Assembly: GCA_951406725.2 (NCBI GenBank)
Contig: OX597817.1
Location: forward strand, 173,042,001-173,106,000
Origin: Octopus vulgaris
Taxonomy: Eukaryota
Direction: 5' to 3'
DNA: 64,000 nt
Shown: positions 40,215 through 53,198 of the stretch, one piece after another
Layout: the number at the start of each line of letters is the position of its first letter
How positions within the stretch are numbered: the stretch's first letter is position 1
The notes under the pieces: model-generated
Told to the model about the DNA's origin: nothing
Database searches by the model: none
The model's input: the letters and a program-made list of their open reading frames with translations, nothing else
Made by a program: the position numbers and the translations under genes

Positions 40215-40557
40215 ATGAAATGTTTTCACGCTTGCAAGCAAAAAATGGAGGAACGTAGCTTTCTAATGCAAAACAAACCAGTTTGTGACAGCATAAAAAG
40301 TCATGGAAATGTAATTTTCACTGATACAGGTAACAATTTCGAGGACAAAATTGATAAGAAATCCAAAAGCACCACAGGCTCTATAGACAGTGATAAAATT
40401 AATCACAAAGAACAAAGAAGTAATACGACAGAGAAAAGCAACACAATGGGAAACACACAATCACTTGATTGTCGAATAGACAACAAAAATGTAACTGTCA
40501 AAATCCCAAACAGAAATAATGTGGAAAATACCATGATAACAGAAAATAGCAGCAGAG
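40215..40557 (+). CDS. Putative coding exon of an unknown gene (K/N/S/T-rich, likely disordered)
   Basis: 114 non-repetitive open codons in AT-rich unique DNA; in-frame stop upstream of the ATG; ends at GAG|GTAAAG donor-like site; no recognisable domain. Confidence 0.4.
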
Positions 40558-40729
40558 GTAAAGAATAGGCACACCACCTGTTTTCGGCATAACCCTAACC
40601 TTAATCGTAACCCTAACTGCCAAAAATGGGTGGTGTGTGTATTTTTTACTTTCACTGAAAAAACAATTCCAGTAACATGGAGCAGAGAAGCTTAACGGAA
40701 AACAATAAGAGAACGAATTATTATTATCA

Positions 40730-40770
<41 letters not shown>

Positions 40771-41325
40771 GAGTGAGAGAGCAGTGCATGTCATCAAAAT
40801 GACACTGGGGTAAAATATATGAAGCCCAGTATACCCATCATGACTACTTGTCTGATAAGGGTACACCAGGCACATGCATCACAACCATATGTGTGCAACA
40901 TGGTGATCTCATATCAAGATAAACAGCGCATGACCTTGCAGGTGGAGCCCAGTTAGAATTTTCATCTGTTCGAGTAGCCCATCCCGCTCAAAAGGTCCCT
41001 GAATAAAGATTGTTTAAGGATGTTGAACGAACCACCCATGTTTCCAAAGGTAAATTATCCAAACCACCAAGAATTCCTTTCAACACATGGCTATGATGCT
41101 CCCCACTACTTCTGCTCGTGGTCAGAGATGCACATATTGTCAGCCACTAAGGGACATGCTCAACTGGTTAAAGTCAAACAACTGACAAGCAAATCTGTGG
41201 TATTGAGCAGAATATTTGCTGTAGCCCATCTTCTTTATCTAGAAAAAACAATGTACATGATAACACTTCCAATCAGTTAAGATCAGAAGCCATGTGAGCC
41301 ACTGTCTGGTACTGCATCAGGAACC
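40771..41325 (-). mobile_element. Non-coding interspersed element embedded in (TAT)n, possibly Dong-mobilised
   Basis: ~550 bp of complex sequence sharply bounded by long (TAT)n tracts, adjacent to the Dong fragment. Confidence 0.45.
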
Positions 41326-41354
41326 AGAATTTATTATTATTATTATTATTATTA

Positions 41355-41389
<35 letters not shown>

Positions 41390-42620
41390 TCTAAATTTAG
41401 CTTTTGCTTTGTACAAGTTGACTCCAGGTTTCACCCAGAGACCTCAAGTGACAAGTTAGAAGTTCAAGTTGGTTTTATTATTATTATATAGGACAGTGGT
41501 TTGGCAAAATCTCCAGAGCATTGTTCTAGAGAATGTCTGTCAAAACATAAGTAAATTAGAAGTTTGTTTTAAAAGTAATTTGATAAGATGATAGTCCCCT
41601 GTTAGATGGCAGTAAAAGATGTTTGTTGTTATTTGAAAAGTATTTTGATATTGTTTACGGGTTAAAGTATTTTAACAGAGTTTACGGATTACAGAGACAA
41701 TATTTTACGTATGATATGGGCAGTTCCCATGAACACTATTTTTTTAATTTCTTCCATTTGGGGATTTCCTGGTATCTGAGTTAGGTAGCAATCAGCCCCT
41801 TTTGCTATCATTCTTAGGGCACCTATGACAACAGGTATTGTTTTAGTCATGAGGTTTCACATTTTTCCAATTTCTATTCCAAGATCTTTATACTCATTCA
41901 GTTTTTGGTAGGTCTTGACAGATACATTTATGCTGATTGGGTCAGTCATGTCAATGAGGAGGCATGATTTTTGTCTGAAGTCCTTCAATATAATGTCTGG
42001 CTTATTCTCATATATCTTTCAGTCAGTTTGAAAACTGAAGTTCCAAAGGAGTGAGATGTGGTCATTATCAAGCACTGGCAGTGGTTTTTATCATGGGGCA
42101 GGTCCAAGTCTTTGCAAATTACCCAGTGAATATACTGTGCTGCTCTGTCATGCCTGTTGAGATACTCTGTAGGCCCAAGAAGACTGCACTTGGAGACAAC
42201 ATGATCGATGGTTTCATTTTGTTGTTTACATACTTGACATTTTGGGTAACTGCCATTCTTTAAGTCTTTAAGATGTTGGCCTGGTATCTTCTTGCAGGTA
42301 GGCATTGATCTTGGGCTGCTATGATAAACCCTTCTGTCTTTGATTTTAAGCCAGAAGACATTAACCACTGATGGGTAAGGGCTGTGTCAACATCAGTATT
42401 ATTAGCTCTTTCTGGGTATTGGCTCTTGAGAGGTTTTTCTTGCCATTTATCACTAAGAATATCTAAGGCAGCAGTTTTAGTACGGGTCTTCATATGCTTA
42501 GCTTTTTCTGTGTTTGCTTCCATTACGCCTAATTCTGGGATTTGTTGTATTTGAAATTCACTTAGATATTTCTTTGCCCAATTTGTTGCTGAGTATGATG
42601 TTTTCTTATTTTCATGTTGT
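41390..42620 (-). pseudogene. Dong/R4-clade non-LTR retrotransposon 3' fragment (zinc knuckle plus restriction-like endonuclease)
   Basis: WQEKPL..QY, QWL..SGLKSKTEGFIIAAQDQ, KCQVCKQQNETIDHVVSKC, YLNRHD, NKPDIIL..LLIDM, K..EYKDL..EI, IPVVIGAL; 3' end runs into (AAT)n. Confidence 0.9.
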
Positions 42621-44194
42621 CTTATTATTATTATCATCATCAACAAACTGGCAGAGTTGTTAAAGCACTAGAAAATGCTTTGCAGTATTTGTTCTGGCTC
42701 TTTACATTCTGGGTTCAAATCCAGCCAAGATTAGTCCTTTCAGGGTCAATAAAAAAAGTACCACTCAAGTACTGGATTGATGGTCTTGTGTCTGAATTAG
42801 TAATAATTATTTATTTGTATTCGATTAAGCCAGTGAATTAGCATAATGGATGGCATTAGATAGAATACCTCAAAGTATTTGTTCCGACTCACTGTACTTG
42901 ACAGGTACTTTATTGATTCCAACAGGATGATAGGCAAAGTTGACCTCAACAGGATTTGAACTCTGAATACAAAAGAGTCAGAAAAAAGTGCCGGGAAGCA
43001 TTTTGTCCAACATCCTAATGATTCTGCCAACCCTACACCTTAACAATAATAATAATCCTTTCTATAAGAGGCACCAGGTCTGAAATTTGGGGGAGGGGAT
43101 AGGTTGATTACATCAACCCCAGGGCTTCAATGGTACTTAATTTACTCGTTTCTATTCAAGGCACAAGGCCTGAAATTTTTGGGGAGGAGGTGCCAGTTGA
43201 TTAGATCAACCCTAGTATGCAACTGGTACTTAACTTATCGACCCCGAAAGGACGAAAGGCAAAGTTGACCTTGGCGGAATTTGAACTCAGAAAAGACAGA
43301 TGAAATACTGCTAAGCATTTTGTCCAGCATCCTAACAATTCCGCCAGCTAACCCTTTCTTTCTAACAGAGCAAGCTGACGGAATCGTTTGCATACCAAGT
43401 AAAATACTTAGAAGCATTTCATCTATCTTTGTGTTCTGAGTTCTGAGTTCAAATGCTGCTGAGGTTGACTTTGCCTTTTATGTTTTGGGGGGTCAATAAA
43501 ATAAATACCAGTTGAGTACTGGGGTTCACACAATTGACTTTTTCTCTCCCCAAACCTTTCTGGTTTTGTGTCATAATTTGAAATCAATGATTCTTTCTGA
43601 TTTTCACACAAGATCATCAATTTGAAGAAAGAGAGAAACATAATTACATCAACTCAGCACTTGACTGGCATTTTATTTTTTCTCGATCCCAGAAGGATAA
43701 AAGGCAGAGTTAATCTCAGATGGATCTGAATTCAAACGGTAAAAGAGTCGGAGAAAAACGCCATTGAGCATTTTGCCTGATATGCTACCGAGATAATTTG
43801 AAGTGAGAACCGTTCAAAGACATTAAAGACTACAATGTAAGTCTGTGTATAGACACCTGTCATCTTCAATATATTCTTTGTGCATATATTAAATTATGCT
43901 ACCAAAAATCTGAATCATTGGTGGTTGGTTTTGACATGCAGGAACCCAAGACCAGAACAAAAAAAAAAAAACAATCCCACCCTCTGCAATCAAAATCCTT
44001 GGTGTAGGAGGAGAGCGAAAAGATATATGTTAAAAGATGAGTCATTTTGTTATTGATCCGTTTGTGAAGATAGTAGTTAAATATTGTGTATTGTTTCTTT
44101 TCTTGTTGTTGTTGCTGCTGTTGTTTTTGTTTTTTTTATTACAATCAGGCTACAGAAAATAGAAATACTGAACTGGCAATCACTATCATATCCA

Positions 44195-44652
44195 CTGCCA
44201 TGGCCACCACCACCAACACCATCAATGTTACAACCATCACCAACATCATCACTGCTACTGCTTCTACCACTGCTACCTTTGCCACCACCACTACCACCAC
44301 CACCACCATCATCATCGTTACTGCCATGGCCACCACCACCAACACCATCACCATTATTATCATCATCACCACAGCCATTATTGGCATCATTGCCACCACT
44401 GTCACCACCATCACAACCATAACTGCCAGTACAAAGTACAATTACCACCACCACCACCACCACCATCACCACTACCACCATCATCATCATCTGCCAGTAC
44501 AGCTGCCACCACTACAACTAACACCACCACCAGTACAACTACAACTACCACCACCACCACCAACACCACTGCCACCACTGCCAATGCTGTCACCACCACT
44601 ACCTGCACCATCACCTGCCACTACCACCACCACCACCACCACCACCACCACT

Positions 44653-44683
<31 letters not shown>

Positions 44684-44744
44684 TCATCATCACTGCCAAT
44701 GCTGTCACCACCACTACCTGCACCATCACCTGCCACCCACCACC

Positions 44745-44790
<46 letters not shown>

Positions 44791-44893
44791 CTGCCAATGC
44801 TGTCACCACCACTACCTGCACCATCACCTGCCACTACCACCACCACCACCACCACCACCACCACTACCACCACCACCATCATCATCATCATCA
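44195..44893. repeat. (CAC/CAT)n tract with three higher-order copies of ACTGCCAATGCTGTCACCACCACTACCTGCACCATCACCTGCCAC
   Basis: Copies near 44577, 44692 and 44790. Confidence 0.9.
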
Positions 44894-47366
44894 AATACAG
44901 TGTAAGCAATAAATAGGTACCGAAATGATTGAATTGAAAAATATGTGTATCTTCAAATATTTCAGCAAAGTGCTTTCTGACCACATGATATTGGACTCGG
45001 AAATTTCATACTGAATCAACAGTCAGCAAATTCCTTGGAACTTCTATCATAAAATAGCGATGACAACATTCTGCTGCTCACCAATATTGAAATATATATA
45101 TTTACAGAGGCCTCTTTTCAGAATGGATTAGATGTATCTTTAGGTCTTAAAAGAGATGGTTTGAATGATTGATTTTACATCAGCTTATTAAGATCAATAA
45201 AGAGGAATGCAAATAGGACAAAGTGTGAAAATTGTGAAGGCAAACATTACAAGCCTATATAACTGCTAATAAAAGAAACCAAAACAAGCCAATAAGAGAG
45301 CAAATACATGGTCAATCAACATGCTAGAAATCGCAGTCAAATCTCCCTAAAATCACACCTCGTCATCATTATCATCATCCTATAGGCCAATACATGCCAG
45401 CAAGGAATATGGACATTCAAATGATGATGCTTCAATACCTACTCTTCCATGTTGCAAACGTGTTAGATGAAAGTCAAACACCGCCTTCCAGTCCCTTGTC
45501 TACGCACCGTGGCCACACTTTGACTGCTGTGGCGGCATCCTGCATGCCCGCCGTAGTCCCATGTCCGACACAGCCACTGGCAGCTCAGCCGCCGACTGCG
45601 ACCACGATTGCTGGTTGTTATGCTGCTCATCCAATTGCCTTTCCGCCTCTCTGCCACGCTGCCACGCATCACCTGCTTTTCACCAAGAGCTCCATGCTCT
45701 CGTGCTCATGATCATTCGTAACGCACAAAACTTCACGGTCTTGCGCGCATCAACGTGGACGCCACCACGACCAATGCTGGCAGCCTCTCGGCTGTTGCAG
45801 GCAGAACCGCGTGATCCACGTGGTTGATACCATGACGTGGTCCGTCCTGTAGATTTACAGGTCAGGCCACGCGGAACAGCCACACTCTAGGTGACTGTCG
45901 CACCCCAAGGGGGTTCTGACTACATTAAGGGGTACGACCTGGCAGGTCGATGTCTCCAGTGTTGGCAGCGTTGCAGCAACAACGATGAGAGTATGTCAGG
46001 GCAAAATTTTCTTCGGCCCAATGCCTACAAACAGCCCAGACATACTTTTGTAGTGAGCTGCAAGTGAAGTTAGCAAAGCCATTGCTTACAAGCTGGAAGG
46101 TGAAACATATGTAGGCGTGTAGACAAGAGAAATATAAACACACTCACATGAACACACACACACACGCACATACACACAGTTATAAACAAAAAAGCTAGGG
46201 CAAGTTTTTTTATTGCATCAATCTACATTTGTTTCATGTGAATCTGATGAAACAATTATAAATTGATGTAGTAAAAAGATTTTTGAACGCATTCTATGGA
46301 TATTAGTGGATTTTCAGACAATTGTTTAACAAAACAAACAATTTCCAGGTTACTGCCTTGTCTGATAGCCTGTACCCATGGATGAGCTTAATATAACTTT
46401 ATTCAGGGTTAATACCTAAACGAAATTTTACATATATATATACACACACACACATACACACACACTTAGACAACAGCCTTCTTTAGTTTCTGTCAAACAA
46501 ATGCACTCAAAAGCCTTGGTCAGTCTCTGTGTGTGTGTGTGTGTGAGAGAGATGGGGGAAGAGGGACAGAAAGATAGAGATATAGATAGATTGACAACCT
46601 ACTTCTTTCAGTTTCTCTCTGCCAAATCCACTCACAAGGCTTTGGTCAGCCTGGGTCTATGGCAGAAGATACTTGCACAAGATGCCACAGTGAATGTAAA
46701 TCCAAAACTATATGGATGGAAGGCAAATCCCTGAACCACACAGCTATGTATACATCCATAATTCATCTTTAAAAAGAAAAAGGCACACTGGATAATGTAG
46801 TCCTAAGTAAACTATACCTGAACAAACAAGAAATAAGGGTATTCACAGCTGAACATTTTTGATCATAGGCCTGCTATGTCTGATCTGACCTGATTCTAAA
46901 ACAGCAACAAGTATTAAAGCTATGACTGCAAAAGAAATCTCAATCTTGATGGGTTAGTCATATAATTTGGAATATAGAACTATTGCTTTCCAGAACAAAG
47001 GCTACATGCTGAAGTAAATACCATTATAGAAGTAAGTGGTCAAACAAGAAAATTACTTAGAAATGAACTTGTCCAAAATGATACAGACCAAATCAACTAA
47101 AGAAGTCCACCTGAACCAAACTGATCACTTTCTCATCCTGCTTTTGGAAAATAACATTTTAAACTGTTTCCTGAAGACATGAACTGAATTTAGATAAATC
47201 ATTAACTGTTTTCCATAAGCATCTAAAATGTGTGTATGTGTGTGTGTGAATCTCCCTCTCTCTCTCTCTCTCAATATATATATATATATGTATGTATGTA
47301 TGTATGTATATCCACACACACAAGTATTCATATATATGCATATATATATATATATATATATATCAC

Positions 47367-47418
<52 letters not shown>

Positions 47419-48030
47419 CATGTAAATATATATATGCATATATACATATATATAATGTGTGTGTGTATATATATATATATACACACACACACACATATAA
47501 ATCATTACCATCATCATCATCACTTAATGTCTTCCTTGCATGCTGACATGAGTTAGATGGTTGAACAGAAGTTGGCAAGTGAGAAGACCATGCCAAGCTC
47601 TGCTGTCTGCTTTGGTATGGTTTCTATGGCTGGGTGCCCTTCCTGACACCAATCACTTTACAGAATGTACTGGGTGTTTTTTTTACATGGAACCAGCAGT
47701 AATGAGGTCCACCAAATAATTTGCAAGACAAGATCTCTTCAACTGAGGGGAGAGTAGTAAAGAAGAAGTCTTTGTTGCCAGTCGAGAAGAGATCAGAGCA
47801 TGAATAGTTACCTTCTCTATCATGAAACCAGGAAAATGGCTCACAAGAGCCATTTTCCTGGTTTCATAGCATATATATTCCACACCTGGATTGGATGCTA
47901 GTCCATCGCAGGATTACTGATTTTTGCCACCTGAAAGGGCTGGAGCAAAGTAAAACTAAGTGTTTTGTTCAAGAATACAACACGTCACCTGCATCAACAT
48001 AAATATAAGTATACACACATATGTATTACC

Positions 48031-48258
48031 TATTTCTTTACTGCCCACAAGGGGATACACACAGAGGGGACAAACAAGGACAGACAAACGGATTAAGTCG
48101 ATTACATTGACTCCCAGTGCGTAACTGGTACTTAGTTTATCAATCCTGAAAGGATGAAAGGTAAAGTCAACCCAGTGGAATTTGAAATCAGAACGTAACG
48201 GCAGATGGAATACCGCTAAGCATTTCGCCCGGCATGCTTACGTTTCTGCCAGCTCGCC
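48031..48258 (-). mobile_element. SINE family A (long-tail)
   Basis: TACC|TATTTCTTTA start; full body and head. Confidence 0.85.
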
Positions 48259-48834
48259 ATTTTTGCCTTGATTACTATTAGTGTCATTTTAATGCATATT
48301 TATCTGTGTTGGAAAGATCAGGCAAAGAGCATGTCTTGATTTCTTATCATTTCATCTATAAAGCTTAATCCTAAATACAATCAAGAAAGTGGCTAGCTAA
48401 GTACAACACTACAGAAGATATGAGAATTTTCAAGGAAGCAATAATAAACCCAAGACCTTCTTATCGATGTCTTTAATCGATAATGTTGTCTTTGATCATA
48501 ATGCTATAAAAAATCCAGTCTTCTTTAGACAGAAAGAAAGAGCACATGATTTGAGGGCAGCTGGAATTATACTTTCTTCTGCAGATTTTCATCAGGGATA
48601 ATGAGCAAGGCATTACTTATCTTACTGATTATAGGATTTGAGCAGCATGTTCCATCATTATGTCTTTCAAAGCTAATAATATCTGGGGTCACTGCTCATA
48701 TTGTGGTCATTAGGGTTTACACTCACATCTGCCCTTAAAGCACAAATAGAAATAGGAAGATTCTGGGAGACTTCATTTGGGAATATTTGTAGCAGTCTCT
48801 GGCTTGAAGAACTTAGGAAGACACCAGTATTAGG

Positions 48835-49270
48835 TTGATTAAATTGACCCCAGTAGTTAATAGTAAAGTTGACAATGGCAGGATTTAAATTTAGAATGTA
48901 GTCATAATTAAATACTACAAGGCACCTAGTTGATTAAACTAACTCCAGTACTTGATGGAAAAGAAATGCTGACTTTGGCAGGATTTGAAATTAGAACATA
49001 GAGATTCATAACTAAATACTGCACAGCATTCACTTGATAAAATTTAACCCTAGAACTTGACAGAAAAGTAATGTTAACTATAGCATGATTTGAAACTAGA
49101 ACATAAAGATTCATAACTAAATACAGCAAGGAATATATTCAGTTGATTTAATTTAACCTCAGTACTTGAGAGAAAAGCATGGTTGACTCTGATAGGATTT
49201 GAACTGAGAATGTAGAGATTTGTAGCTACAAGGCATTTTGTCCGATGCTCTTACAATTCTGCCAATCTAC
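48835..49270 (-). repeat. Degenerate ~100-bp tandem repeat (4 units) derived from the SINE A body
   Basis: Recurring TTGATWAA..CCAGTA..GTTGAC..GGATTTGAA..AGAA..TAAATAC units. Confidence 0.65.
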
Positions 49271-49881
49271 CATCATGGATGAAATACTTTCAAACAAATC
49301 AATTTGAAATCTTTGATTCTCGTGTGCCTCGTTTTGTGTCAAAGTGACTTAAGCATGCAACAGAAAGATAAAATGAGTTAGATGGACAGGCTCTGAAAAG
49401 GCTTGGGTTTTTGATGTTTCAAAGAAGCGTCAGAACTCAATGCCATCACAATGCATGAAGTCATCTCATTTAACAAATCATATTAATGATTTTTTGTGCT
49501 GACATACACCATAACTGGTTTCCGTTACTTTTTCCTTTTTTAACTGAGAGATTGATTGAAATGGTTTTCCTTTGTCTTATTTCAGAAGATGGTACGAAAA
49601 AGATGGTTTGCTCTTTTTTCTTTATCTTGTTCCAGTCATTGGACTGTAGTCACGCTAGGCACCACCTTTAAGGGTTTCAATCAATTACATCAGCGATAGT
49701 ATTCATTTCAGTTTGGTTCTTCTATAATTGATTCATATTTATTGAATGGGTAAATTACACAGTTTGTTTTACATGGTCAAACATTAACATATATACACAC
49801 ACAGCCACACACACACAGATAGAGACAGATGGATATAAATATATATACATACATATACATAAATACATATGTGTGTGTATC

Positions 49882-49931
<50 letters not shown>

Positions 49932-51084
49932 TATAAATATATGCATACATACATATAAATACATGTATGTATGTATATGTATATATATATATATATATGC
50001 ACACACACACACATGCATACACATGTCTTTATAGTTGTGTTTATCCTCCACTTCTGCTTGATAACTGGTGTTGGTTTGTTTATGTCCCCATAACATGGTA
50101 TTCAGCAAAACAGACCAACGCAATAAGTACCCAACCTAAAAATATATACAGGGGTTGATTTGTTTGACAAAGCCTTCAAGGTGGTGCCCCAGCATGGACA
50201 CAGCCCAATGATTGAAACAAGTAAAAATAAATGTAAAAAAAACGTGAAATTATGCTTCACTGAAGAGGTCAAATAAGATTGAAACATGCCTACAGTGATC
50301 AACATATTACTAAAGATTAAACTCACTCACTACAATATTCCATATTTAATAAATTTAGGTTCTAATGTTGATTCCTCTGCCCCCTTTTTATCCCTACCAA
50401 AATTTAGATGCAAGGATGGCTGTGTGGTTAGGAAGCTCTTTTTGCAGCCACATGCTTCCAGGTTCAGTGCCACTATATGGCACCTTGGACAAGTAACTTC
50501 AATTATAGCCCCAATGCGGAAGCTCATCAAATGTGTGTGTGTGTGTGTGCCTTTGTGCCTTTGTGCCCCACCACCACTACTACTTGACAACTAGTAGTGG
50601 CTTATTTGCATACTTATAACTTAGCAGTTCAGCAAAAGTAACCGACAGAATAAGTACCAGACTTTAAAAAATCGTACTGGGCGGGGTGGGGTGGGTCAAT
50701 CTATTTGACTAAAACTCATCAAGGCAGTGCCCCAGCATGGCCATAGTTCAATGACTGAAACAAGTAAAAAAAAGAAAGAAATAAAAGATAATTGTTTCCA
50801 TCATTTAGATTGTAATTTTAATCAATTAAAATTCCTTGGTTTTCAACATTAAATACACTGGCATCTGCTTTTATTATATTTTACATTCTGTATGTCTACT
50901 ATTGGAATGTCTACTATTACAGTATGACTTCCTAACATTACTTACTTTAGTGTTCAAGAGATGATACTATCTCAACCTTTTCTACTGCTTCTACAAAGCA
51001 ACTAGTTTTTCAGAGTAGGTTTATAAAAGAATAGCGCTCAGAGCTCAGGAACACTACAATTCATCAGGAAAGGGTTTATTGACT

Positions 51085-51516
51085 GGCATCCGTGCTAGTG
51101 GAGTGCTAAGAGCACCATCCGAGTGTGATGGCTTCCGTGTCGGTGGCACGTAAAAAGCACCATTCAAGCGTGATCGTTACCAGCGTCACCTTACTGGCAC
51201 GTGAAAAAACATTCAAGTGAGGTCGTTGCCAGTGCCGCTGGACTGGCTCCTGTGCAGGTGGCCTGTAAAAAACACCATTTGAGCGTGGCCGTTGCCAGTA
51301 CCACCTGACTGGCCCTTGTGCCAATGGCACTTAAAAGCACCCACTACACTCTCGGAGTGGTTGGTGTTAGGAAGGGCATCCAGCCGTAGAAACTCTGCTA
51401 GATCAGATTGGAGCCTGGTTCAGCCATCTGGTTCGCCAGTCCTCAGTCAAATCGTCCAACCCATGCCAGCATTGAAAGCGGACGTTAAATGATGATGATG
51501 ACGATGATGATGATGA
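51085..51516 (+). mobile_element. SINE family D (RTE-like (GAT)n tail) with internal diverged tandem repeats
   Basis: Four GGCACGTAAAAAGCACC-like motifs, then TTAGGAAGGGCATCCAG...AACCCATGCCAGCAT...(GAT)n; other copies at ~1760, 22800, 30560, 36190, 54715 and 59100. Confidence 0.8.
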
Positions 51517-51659
51517 CTGAAACCAATCAATCAAATAAAGAAAGATAGCTTTAATAGCCAAAAGTTAGTCTATAATCCACAGAATGAAACAAATAATGGC
51601 AGACAAAAAGGAACAGTAAAAGACCCATAAAGAGGAAAGGGTGCATATGGCATATTAAT

Positions 51660-51945
51660 GAAGCATGGAACCTTTGAAGGATTCAGTGTCCTGAGAGCTA
51701 TACCAATGCAGGAGAGTTCATTCTGTAGTTCAACAATTCTGAGCATAAATAAAATATTTCCAAAAGTAATGTTGTGGATTTTTTTTTTTAATTTTTAGTT
51801 TTATATTTTACTTTATAAGCATGTCCACAAGTGGTTGAGGTATTGAATTCAAAATGGTTTCCAAAGTTGTTGTTGAATAGATGGTGGATAATCTTGTAAG
51901 CGTCTACCAAGTCAGCCATTAGACATTACTCCATTCAAGTACTCC
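51660..51945 (-). pseudogene. Older CR1-clade LINE 3' fragment, same family as 28150
   Basis: Minus-strand ADLVDAYKIIHHLFNNN..TCGHAYKVK aligns to TDLVSTHKVINHLTNNN..TRGHAYKVR. Confidence 0.7.
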
Positions 51946-52142
51946 CAACTCATTTGTTCCTCCGCCTCCTCCTCCTTTTACCATTTGTCTAGAATCTGGT
52001 AGGTGTCAGTCTTTTCTAATTCCCTCCCTGCACACATCTTCCCTGACTAGGGAATATTCAAGAAAAACATTAACATTGAGGGTTTGGGAAGGCCATGGAG
52101 CACAACTCCTGATTAAAGAAACCATTATTATTATGATTACTA

Positions 52143-52530
52143 AGGCAGCGAGCTGGCAGAATCATTAGCACACTGGGTGAAATGCTTAGCGGTATTTTGT
52201 CTGCCGTTACGTTCAGAGTTCAAATTCTGCCAAGGTCGACTTTACCTTTCATCCTTTCGGGGTCGATTAAATAAGTACCAGTTATGCACTGGGGTCGATA
52301 TAATCGACTTAATCTGTTTGTCTGTCCTTGTTTGTCCTCTCTGTATTTAGCCCCTTGTGGGTAGTAAAGAAATAGGTATTCAAATTCCACCGAGGTCGAC
52401 TTTGCCTTTCATCCTTTCAGGGTCGATAAACTAAGTACCAGTGAAACACTGGGGTCGATGTAATTGACTGGTCCCTTTCCCTAAAATTTCAGGCCTTGTG
52501 CCTATTGTATAAAGGATTATTATTATTATT
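52143..52530 (+). mobile_element. Chimeric SINE A: a long-tail unit followed by a short-tail body
   Basis: Junction AAAGAAATA|GGTATT at 52374/52375. Confidence 0.8.
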
Positions 52531-53127
52531 AATAAAGCAACAAGTTGGCAGAGTAATTAGCACACCTGACAAAATGCTTAGAAACATATCATCCGTCTTT
52601 ACATTCTGAGTTCAATTTGCAGCAGAGTCAGCTTTGCCTCTCATCCTTTCAGGAGTCGATAAAATAAGTACCAACTGAATACTGGGGTCTAAGTAATTGA
52701 CTTACTCTGAAATTGCTGGCCTGGTGCCAAAATTTGAAAACATTATCATTATTACAAATACAGCATCATTACTACATTGGACAAAATGGTAAGTGGCATT
52801 TCCTCTATGTCTTTACATTCTGAGTTCAAATCCCATCAAGGTCAACTTTGCCTTTGACTTTCTTGAGGTCAATAAAATAAAGTACCAGTCAAGTACTAGT
52901 ATCAATGGTATTGACAAAGCCCTAACCTTCAAAATTGCTGGTCTCATACCTAAATCAAAAACCGTTATTTCAGGATGATATGGCTACTGTTTCTAGCACT
53001 TTAAATGACCCATATAGAGGTTCCAGAAAGGCTGCCTGTAAATTGAACAACTTTAAACAGTTTATCAAAATATTTGGTCATTTCAGAGTTGTACTTGTTT
53101 GGCAAGCTTTGTGAGAATGTGTACGTG

Positions 53128-53198
<71 letters not shown>

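Noticed and set aside
44077-44984. 276-aa Thr/His/Pro-rich ORF and Gly-rich antisense ORFs (also 37764-38349)
   Set aside because: Triplet-repeat tracts open in most frames; no splice or domain support
51085-51345. Repeat-spacer-like pattern resembling a CRISPR array
   Set aside because: The spacers are homologous to each other, the array is internal to a SINE, the context is eukaryotic and there are no cas genes
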